Of a DNA stretch of 64,000 bases, positions 53,851-64,000 are shown one piece after another. Source of the DNA: the human T2T-CHM13v2.0 reference genome, Homo sapiens; NCBI RefSeq assembly GCF_009914755.1, contig NC_060928.1; one strand, given 5' to 3'. The position numbers and the translations under genes are program-made. The number at the start of each line of letters is the position of its first letter. The first letter of the stretch is position 1. Under the pieces are notes generated by a model, which saw nothing but the letters and a program-made list of their open reading frames with translations, was not told the DNA's origin and did no database searches.

Positions 53851-55855
53851 AGCAATCTTATGCAAAAAGAACAAAGCTGGAGGCATCACATTACCTGACC
53901 TTGAATTATTCTGTAAGGCTACAGTAACTAAAACAGCATGGTACTAATATAAAAGTAAACACAGAGATTAATGAAACAGCATAGAGAACCCAGAAATAAA
54001 GCCACATGCTTATAGCCAACTGATCTTTGACAAAGTCAACAGAAACATATGATGAAGAAAAAACATCCTTTTCAATAAATGATGCTGAGAAAACTGGATA
54101 GCCATATGCAGAAGAAGGAACTGGACCCCTATCTCTCACCATATACAAAAAAATCAACGGAAAGTGGATTAAAGACTTAAAAGTAAGACTTGAAAAAATA
54201 GAAATAGTATAAGAAAACCTAGATAAACTTTTTTGACATTGGTCTAAGTCAAAGAATTCACGACTAAGACCTCAAAAGCACAAGCAACAGAAACAAAAAT
54301 AGACAAATGGGGCTCAAGCTGAAAAGCTTCTGCATAGAAAAAGAAATAATCAACAGAGTGAACAGAAAACCTATAGAATGGGAGAAAATATTTGCAAACT
54401 AGCATCCAACAGGAGACTGCTATACACACAAAGAACTCAAACAACTCAACAACAACAACAACAAAACAAATGCTAGAGGCAGGAGGCAGACAGGAGCAGG
54501 TTCCTGGCAAAAGCCCATCTTCAAGCCAAAAAGCCCAAAAGCCACTGTCCAAAGCAACAGCTTCTATTCCTGTTTGCCTGCTCTCTCCTGATTTGTTCTT
54601 TCTGAATAATGCCTTTTTGCCAATCAAATGTTGCCTTCTCCAAAACTACATATGGCCCACCCCATCCTCCATCCCGTACCTATAAAGACCCTAGACTCAG
54701 TTGCTATAGGAGAGAGAGGTGGCTTGACTGAGGAGAGGCAACTTGACTTCTTAGAGATGGTTGGACTTCAGAGGAGAGATGGCTTGATTTTGGAGAGATG
54801 GCTTGACTTCAGGGAAGAGCTGGTCAGACCTCAAGGGAAGACTACCTGCCCATCCTGTCCCTTCTCCAGCTCCCCTTTTCAGCTCCCCTCTCCACAGAGA
54901 ACCATTTCCATCACTAAATAAAATTATCTGCCTTCACTATATTTCAAGTGTCCACATGACCTCATTCCTCTTGGACACTGAACAAGAGCTTGGGACCCAC
55001 TGAGTGCAAGTACCCAAAAAAGGCTGCCACATTGGCCCTTTGCCCTCGCCAGTGGAGGGCAGCTTGCCCCATGTGATAAGGCAAGGGGCTAGCTGAGCTA
55101 ATGATACACCACTCTCTATGGACAGCAGAGCTAAGAGAGCATTGTAGCATGCCTTCTTGTCTTTGGTATTGCCCACACCCCCACCTGGGCACTGCCGTGG
55201 GCTCTGCATGGAGCTTGCTCCTGCTGGTGTCTGGAGCAGCCAGACTTGCTCACGCATGTGCTCACTCTTGCAAAGAGCTGAGCTTGGCAAACTGAGTAAA
55301 CAGAACATCCCTGTCACAAGTCCAACAAAGTAATCATGAAAAATCCTGCCTTACAAATAACCCTATTTAAAAATGGACAAAGGATATGCATAGATGTCAT
55401 GCAAAAGAACACATACAAATGGCCAGTTTATATATACATATATACACACACACAGCATATATATGGTAAATATTACCATATGTGTATATACACACAATGG
55501 AATACTATTTAGCCTTTAAAAATGATGAAATCATGTCTTTTGCAGCAACGTGGATGGAATTGGAGACCGTTATCTTAAGGGAAACAAATAAGAAACAGAA
55601 GACCAAATACTGCATGTTCTCACTTACAAGTGGGAGCTAAATAGTGTGTACACATGGACATAAAGTCTGGAATCATGAACACATTGGAGACTCCAAAAGG
55701 TGAGAGGGTGGGACAGGGGAGAGAGATGAGAAATTACTTACTAGGTGAAGGTTATACATAAAAACCCAGACCTAATTATTCCTCAATATATTCATGTAAC
55801 AAAACTGCACTTGTACCCCTCGAATTTATACAAATAACAAGTAAATAAATAAAAT
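53851..55855 (+). mobile_element. L1MA-type 3' portion, interrupted by an ERV1 LTR
   Basis: AAAAAGAACAAAGCTGGAGGCATCACATTACCTGAC (ORF2) and CATGTAACAAAACTGCACTTGTACCCC (3' end), plus an A-rich tail. Confidence 0.9.
54471..55353 (+). mobile_element. ERV1-class solo LTR (LTR27/LTR28/MER52-related)
   Basis: TGCTAGAGGCAGGAGGCAGAC...AAAAATCCTGCCTTA; CCAAT, CCTATAAA and AATAAA in order; 4-bp TSD CAAA; L1 resumes precisely afterwards. Confidence 0.85.
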
Positions 55856-55872
55856 AGAAATTTGTTAAATTG

Positions 55873-55945
55873 TTTATATTTTAATTAAAATAATATATTT
55901 TAATCAACCTTAACATAAAATATATTATTTTAATTAAAATATAAA
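55873..55945. repeat. Perfect 30-bp A/T-only inverted repeat with a 13-bp spacer
   Basis: TTTATATTTTAATTAAAATAATATATTTTA (55873-55902) and its exact reverse complement (55916-55945). Confidence 0.95.
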
Positions 55946-56008
55946 ACAAAAAATTAAAAAATATATTAAAAATAAAATAAAAAAAACAAATTAGTGAGTG
56001 AGAAGACC

Positions 56009-56692
<684 letters not shown>

Positions 56693-57136
56693 AAGTTGCA
56701 TTTAATTTACTTACAAATTCAAGTCTTCTTTATGTCTGCCTTCATAGAATAAAATTAGTTTTTCTTACCTGGTTCTCTATCAAATCAGTTGAGATGCATT
56801 GTTTTAGTAGAAGCATATGAAGGAATCTGAGCTCGTACAACTATGTAGTTGGTAAAAGGAAGAGTGTTTAAACAATTTTTCCAGGTAATTATGTATCTTC
56901 TTCTTTGATGTTAAATGAAAATACTCAATAAATTATACTTTATTAAAGGTTAATTGCAATCTGGAATCTAAGCCATATCAATGAACTTTTTATATTGTTA
57001 CATTAATATCCATCATTTTTCTTGCACTGTGAATGGATCTTTTATTGTCACGATTCTTTAATATGATGCATTGGTCATCTGGAAAAAAAAATGGTTGACT
57101 TAGCCATTCAGATCTTTTAGCTTTTGGCAAGTTTTA

Positions 57137-57565
<429 letters not shown>

Positions 57566-58522
57566 TCATTTGAAATCCTGAAATGTATCATTGATCATAA
57601 AAGTCTCTGTTGATTTTCATGAAGTGACAGACTCACTTCACTGATGTTTTTAAATGTCTGCCAAATATCTAATTTTGAGTAAATGTAGTTTGTCAATCAT
57701 TATTCAAGTAAAAACAGTGTTGCATTAAAATGTGCCAATTCAGCTCAAAACTCAAACTAGTGCATAGGTGCTTTTCTTGGACAAAATCATCCTACAGTGT
57801 ATGCAGTGGGAGTGCTTTGTGTATTCTTCCCATTGTGTCACATAGAATATTAAAAAGACATGTATTCAAGAGTCAAAATTTAATTGATAATTTTCGCTGC
57901 CTCATCAAGTACATTTTTTAAAGAACACTAACCTTTTTTTTCCTCTTGTGGGCACAAATGTAGAATCTTATGTAGTGAAGAATATAATGCATAATAGTAA
58001 CTCTGTTTTATGACACCACCTTTCCCCACAATGTACTATCATGGGTGCAAATGTCAACAAAGTTAAAAAGAAAAATGCCATTGTAATATTATTTTGAAAC
58101 TAGTTTGCCCTCACCAGGACCTTGGAAAGGTTTCAGGGACTTCAAGGTGTCCATGGACCATACTTTGAATACCACCATTATATTGTATTAAACCAGGAGT
58201 TAGAGGTTGCATGCTACACTTCAGCATAACTACATGTCCCAACTAAGGTAAATAAGCAGCATTTTTACCAACCACAAGACAGAAAGTACTTTTAGTTAAA
58301 AACCAGCACTTGCAAAGGCAAAATTGAAGAAAAATTTACAACATTTTTGGACAACAAAATTATATCTGTGTGACTGGAGTTTAGGGTGCAGGAGAATGGG
58401 GATCAAGTTAGGAATACTCTTAAAAGATAGAGCGGAAACAGATTTCAAAGGATCTAGGATTCTATGATGAGTAGTTAGTACTTTATTTTGTAAGCAAAGG
58501 AAAAATAAGAATAAAGGGTTTG

Positions 58523-58807
58523 GGCTGAGTGTGGTGGCTAACGCCTGTAATCCCAGCACTTTGGGAGGCTGAGGTGGGTGGATCACCTGCGGTCAGGAGT
58601 TAAAGACCAGCCTGACGAATATGGTGAAACCCCATCTCTACTAAAAATACAAAAATTAGCTGGCCGTGGTGGCATGTGACTGTAGTCCCAGCTACTCAGG
58701 AGGCTGAGGCTTGCTTCTACAAGGTGGAGGTTGCAGTGAGCCGAGATCGCGCCACTGCATTCCAGCCTGGGCGAAAGAGCGAGACTCCGTCTCAAAAACA
58801 AAATAAA
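58523..58807 (+). mobile_element. AluS with a short right-arm deletion/replacement
   Basis: TSD AAGAATAAAGGGT(T/G)TG; GAGGCTGAGGC-TTGCTTCTACA-AGGTGG replaces AGGAGAATCGCTTGAACCCGGG. Confidence 0.95.
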
Positions 58808-59249
58808 AAGAATAAAGGGTGTGGTGACATGATACAGATTTCTATTTTAGTAAATATAATTCATTATAGTGAAATGGGTGGGGGCAATTCAGAAAGTGGC
58901 AATAGAAACTGGAAGAGTGTGAAAACGTGAGATACTTTGAAAGTAAAATAGGTAGATTCATTGAACTGCTGAATACGTAGCATGAATGAGGAAGGATCGG
59001 TATTGTTGATGACTAGAATGCTTTCATTTTGAGAAAATTCACATAGCAACTAAAAAATGATACATTTTTACTTTTCAAAAAAATACAGAGAATACAGGAG
59101 AAAAAGATCTAAAAAAAAAAAAAAATACAGCAACAACAAAACTTTCCTGAAGAGTCCATGAAAAAAACTCACGTTTAAATCTCAAGACAAAAAGACCTGA
59201 ATCTTTAAAGGAATTTGAAAATTTAGCTAGACACATTGCCACACCTAGA

Positions 59250-59900
59250 AATTTGATTCAGCAAGTATTAACTGAACATCTTCTATGTGCCAGGCACTAT
59301 TCTGGGGATTTATAGATACAGTAATAAATAAAGTAAACAAAAATATCTGCATGTGTGATGCTTATATTCCAGTGGTAAGTAACAAACAGTAAGCAATGAG
59401 CTTAATAAATGCATAGTACGTTAACATAGTAACTGTTCAGACAAACTGAGCAGGTAAGGGGGATTAGGAGTGATGGTCAGGCAGGTAGAGGTTTCAGGTG
59501 GGTGTAATTTTTAATAGGGTGGTCCTGGTGGCTTTCGTTGAGTAGATGACATTTAAGCAGAGAGTTACTGAAGGAGAAGAAATTAGCCTTATATCTGCAG
59601 GAAGAATCTTTCTGAGAGAGAAACTAGCCAGCGCAAAAGCCATGCATTAGAATCATGCAAAGCTCATTAGAGAAAGCAAGGAAACCAATGGCTATAACAG
59701 AGAATATCCAGGTGGGAAAAACAGTAAGAGATGGAGTCAGAGAAGTAACAGGAGTCTAGATCATGTAGGGCTCCTTAGAATGCCTGTGTAAAAATTTTAC
59801 ATTATACTGTGACTAGAAGAAAGCATTTTGGTCAGAGGAATGACAGGTAACTCAAGACGATCACTCTGGTTAACACCAGAGCTCTATTAGTAAGAATAGG
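59250..59900. mobile_element. L2 (L2a-like) 3' region
   Basis: ATTCAGCAAGTATT.ACTGAACATCT.CTATGTGCCAGGCACT.TTCT..GATGACATTTAAGCAGAG..AGATCATGTAGGGC. Confidence 0.85.
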
Positions 59901-61042
59901 GAGAAGTACATATAAGCTAAGCAACAATTTTTTACCGTTATCTAGTGCCTAGTGGTGAGGACGCTGTGGATACTTAATTAATTCTTATTGATTGGCATAT
60001 GTACTGCCATTTTTCCTTACAATAATTTTAATAGTAATGTTCTTTCTTTTATTTTTCCACCATGATAAAGCAAGCCCTAATCAAAATGTTCAGTGGAGTT
60101 AAATGTGAAGTATTATTTTATGACTTCTTATCACAGAAAATGTGGGTTAACGTTCTTGTTCCATAATTTGAGGTCAAATATGCTTCAATACTTTAAACAC
60201 ATGTCAAGTACTATTAATAAACTTCCTGCACTTTCTCAAAGTTAAGTTATTTACAACACATTTAAGTGTGTTTTATACAACTAAGTAACAATTTGCTTAC
60301 AATACAAGCTGTGATGGGAGAAGACATGAATATTTTAAAGTGTCCTATTCAAAGGCCTATATTTTCTTTTATATACTATAAAAAAATACTATAAACAGAA
60401 AAATGAATTCATTGCAATGAGGTAAAGTTTCTGCAACAAAATATACTTGAAAGAGAGCTTTATGTTAGATTTCATCTGCCTTGGGCATACATGATGCTTT
60501 TTAAATCTTACATTTTCTTGTTGGCTTACTCGTATCTGTGATGCTGCTAGTGGTGAAATAAATTGCAACTGTCCTGAAGAATTATTTTTGACAGGCAGGT
60601 TGCTTTTGTCCAGACTTCTAAATCCACTCAACCCTGTCCTATCTGTTACCATTTACATTAACACCACCATTTATGTATAGCTCTCAACCACATTTCTTCC
60701 ACTCATCTTTGCATGAACATAATCAATCTTTAAGTCTTGATTGTTTCTCTAAAAATTTTAAGTACTGACTCCTTTCTCTCTATCTTGGCTACACCGACCT
60801 GTACAGCAGTAAAAGATGCTTTGAATCTCTCTCTCCAGTTGCAGTTCATGTCATACAGAATTGTTCTGTGATGGCCTTAAAGGAGAAGTTGGGCGGCTAT
60901 AAGAACATGAAGAGGAAGACATGTCTCTGGCCGATGCTACCTTGACTACTTCCCAAAAGGACAGAATCAATAAGAGCAATGACAACTCAACTCTCTTAGA
61001 AATATCCAAGGGATTCCACCACATTGAGAATTAAGAATTATC

Positions 61043-61339
<297 letters not shown>

Positions 61340-61824
61340 TTATCCCTTGACTCCTCTAATTGTTGAATGAGACACCTAATTATATTACTGTTTGCTTTTC
61401 TTCTGCCAAGTTTTTAAAATAATATCTGTCCTTTTCTGCCTTTATTTCTCCCCTGGCAGCCCATGCTTGTCTCCACTAGCTTTTCTCCTTTACCCAATAT
61501 TCCACTCTCAACAGCTGTTTGACAAGGTACCCAATAAGGCTGGCTAGGAAAAACTTACCCTAGCAGGAGTGGCTTCTGCTGTCAACATCACCATTTGAAC
61601 CTGCAATATGTACGGCCATATTCTACCAGGCCCTTCAACAAAAATAGTTACTTTATCCTAGTTATGAAATGGGGTTCGATCTTTGGGTTTCATATGCAAA
61701 GAAAGTTGAATTTTATGTATATTCTTTATTGATTGTTAAAGTTGATTCAGTAAAGAAAGAGGTTGGTTTTCAGGGTAATATCGAAAAAACTTAATTGCAC
61801 TATATATTTTGTCTCATAAATTAA

Positions 61825-61940
61825 TATTTATTAAGTGTTTATTATATCCTGGACCTGAGGGTTTTACATGCATTAATTCAATGATTCATCATGATATCCT
61901 TGCAAATCAAGTAATGTATCAGCCTCATTTTATATCAAGT
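61825..61940. mobile_element. MIR fragment
   Basis: ATATTTATTAAGTG.TTA.TAT..TTTTACATGCATTAATTCA..CCTCATTTTATA. Confidence 0.55.
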
Positions 61941-63029
61941 CTTAGGAAGGGCAAAGGGAACAAGATAGGACTCCAGCCACTGGGAAAACTGGGCTAATAG
62001 AAATTACTCAGTAGCTAATCAACTGATTTACCCCATAGAGGGACATAAGCACAAGGAAACAGGACCCAAATCACCAGGTGACTGCAAGAATAACACTCAA
62101 AATCCAGGCTGAGATAGAGCATAATTTATTCAATCCTCCTCTAGGAATCTCTAACCAAGGGTAATTTATATTTTTCAGGCCTTAGTATAACATCAGTCTC
62201 AGAGCCTTCGGTAAGATTAAAGTTACAGATAATTGGGAAATAACACACAGAGTCCTGAATTTAAGTCAGCATTCATTCCTTCCACAAATTCTTATATTAA
62301 ATGTCTTCTATATACCTTGCTCTAAGGGTTAGTTGTGCTCAAGGCAGAAAATAGCATGTTCCAAACAATCAGCAGAGCCGCTTTCTGACTCTAATTCCAC
62401 TACTAATTCTGTGATCTTAAGAAAGTCAGGAACATTTCCTACTGAGGACAGTACAGCTAGCTACTAAATAATGTTAGCTCCATTATTTAGTAGCCCCATT
62501 TAATGTTAACTTTCTGCAATTCTAGAATTATGTAGAAATCTAGGTACCCACCCAAAACATTTTTAGAACGTTTTGGATCAATTGACATGTTGGAAGATCC
62601 TATGTCCACAGGTATTTTATTTCTTCCTCTGTGGAAACAAATTCATTTTTATCTGTTTGGCCTCTGATAGAAGTGTCGTGCTATTTTACTCTAAAATAAT
62701 TGTTATTATATTTCAAAATAAATGAATATTAACCACGGCTAATCATAATGCAGAAAAGAGTAATCGTCTTGGCTCCAAATCTGAAGTCAGTCAACCCCAC
62801 AACCAAGAATTTTAAACCCTAGCTTTAATCAAATGATGACAACATAGTTTGCCAGAAAACAAAGCTACAATTATGTGCTGTAAGCAATAGCAGGATTGTA
62901 ATATTCATGTATTAAATAAAAATTATTAATTGAAAGAGTATATGATATTACTACAGGTCCTTACACTTATGAAGAGCTCAGTGAATGCAATTTGTATTCA
63001 AAAATGCATAATAACAAACCACCAGCCTA

Positions 63030-63230
63030 CAGTCAATGGGCACTTTCTATGTTGCTGGCGCTGTTCTTTACATGCAGAGATTCATTTAATCCTCATAACA
63101 ACCCTATGAAGGAGGTAAGTTTTACAAATGAAAAATAAAGCAAAACAAACAAGCAAATAAACTACAACACAGAGAAACCGAGTACATGCCTAAGTTCACC
63201 CAGCTTCTAAGTCCAGGCACTTTCCATGAT
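63030..63230. mobile_element. MIR
   Basis: TCATTTAATCCTCATAACAACCCTATGA..TTTTACAAATGA. Confidence 0.7.
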
Positions 63231-64000
63231 TGCCTTTGCATACCCTTGCTTTTTCCGTATCCTTTGAGCTGGCTAAAGTATCCCAGAGTAGATCAAAAAT
63301 TAGATGGTCATACTTTAGGAGTAAATATTAGGAAACTCCAATGCTGAATGCAAACATAAATTAGTTTTGCCATATGGCTGTTATTAACATTAATTAACAT
63401 TGGTAAGGCATCTTATATAGGTAAAGCTTTATACTTCGGGATAATGAAGAATGTATCATTAGTTCACCTTAGTTTCAAGAAAGCAAACAAAAAGCTCTCA
63501 GAGACCAGGCCATTTACCCATTCTGATGTTAGGGTTGACCTTGCCTAACTGTTTAATGCTCTTAACACCCTGGGGTTCACAAGTTCTAAACTCACCAGAG
63601 TCCTTTCTGACATTTATAATAGGAAATTTGTTGAAAGATATGCATGAGAAACAAGTGGAGAAAAGGAGAAAATATGTGGCAAATATGATGTAAGCAAAAG
63701 GATTGAAAAAGGGAAAAGTAGGTGCAAGTAAAATGGTGCTAAAATTGGAGAGGTTTTCTTTGCAGTGCCAACACATCAAAAAAAACTTCATTGAATTGGT
63801 ACATATTCATTTCCAAGTCACTCATCTGAGTCTTTTATATACAATTATATAATACAAAACTCATAACACTCTTAACTGATGAGTAACACTGCCAACATTA
63901 TACAAATGTCTTGAGTCGAGTTTTCTAATAATATTTCTCCTACCCATCACTAAGTTTCTCTCCAGAGCACATTTTTTTTTCTAGCTGTATCCAATTACAG

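Noticed and set aside
54244-55317. Cluster of ORFs suggesting a retroviral gene
   Set aside because: They fall in a GC-richer solo LTR and the adjoining L1; no gag, pol or env motifs.

Overview
AT-rich, CpG-depleted, repeat-dense primate DNA, probably human or another anthropoid (AluJ/AluS, L1PA, THE1, MSTA). It reads as a large intron or intergenic region. I cannot support any host protein-coding exon, RNA gene, CpG island or CRISPR array. The longer ORFs with recognisable products are decayed L1 ORF1/ORF2 pieces or antisense Alu/LTR frames, and the rest are short and unrecognisable. Content: ten Alus, several L1s, MaLR and ERV1 LTRs, hAT and Tigger DNA transposons, and L2/MIR relics. No new gene system is evident; the unusual features are structural. 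(1) A 1.49-kb fold-back MSTA element made of two 3' halves in inverted orientation with a perfect 5-bp direct TSD. (2) A homogeneous 6x27-bp VNTR whose unit holds an 18-bp perfect palindrome. (3) A four-level nested transposon cluster containing a perfect 30-bp A/T-only inverted repeat. (4) An orphan, doubly deleted L1 5'UTR. (5) Two non-tandem local duplications. (6) A few hairpins and motif clusters in unique DNA. Subfamily names come from recalled consensus features, not a database search, and boundaries of old repeats are approximate.
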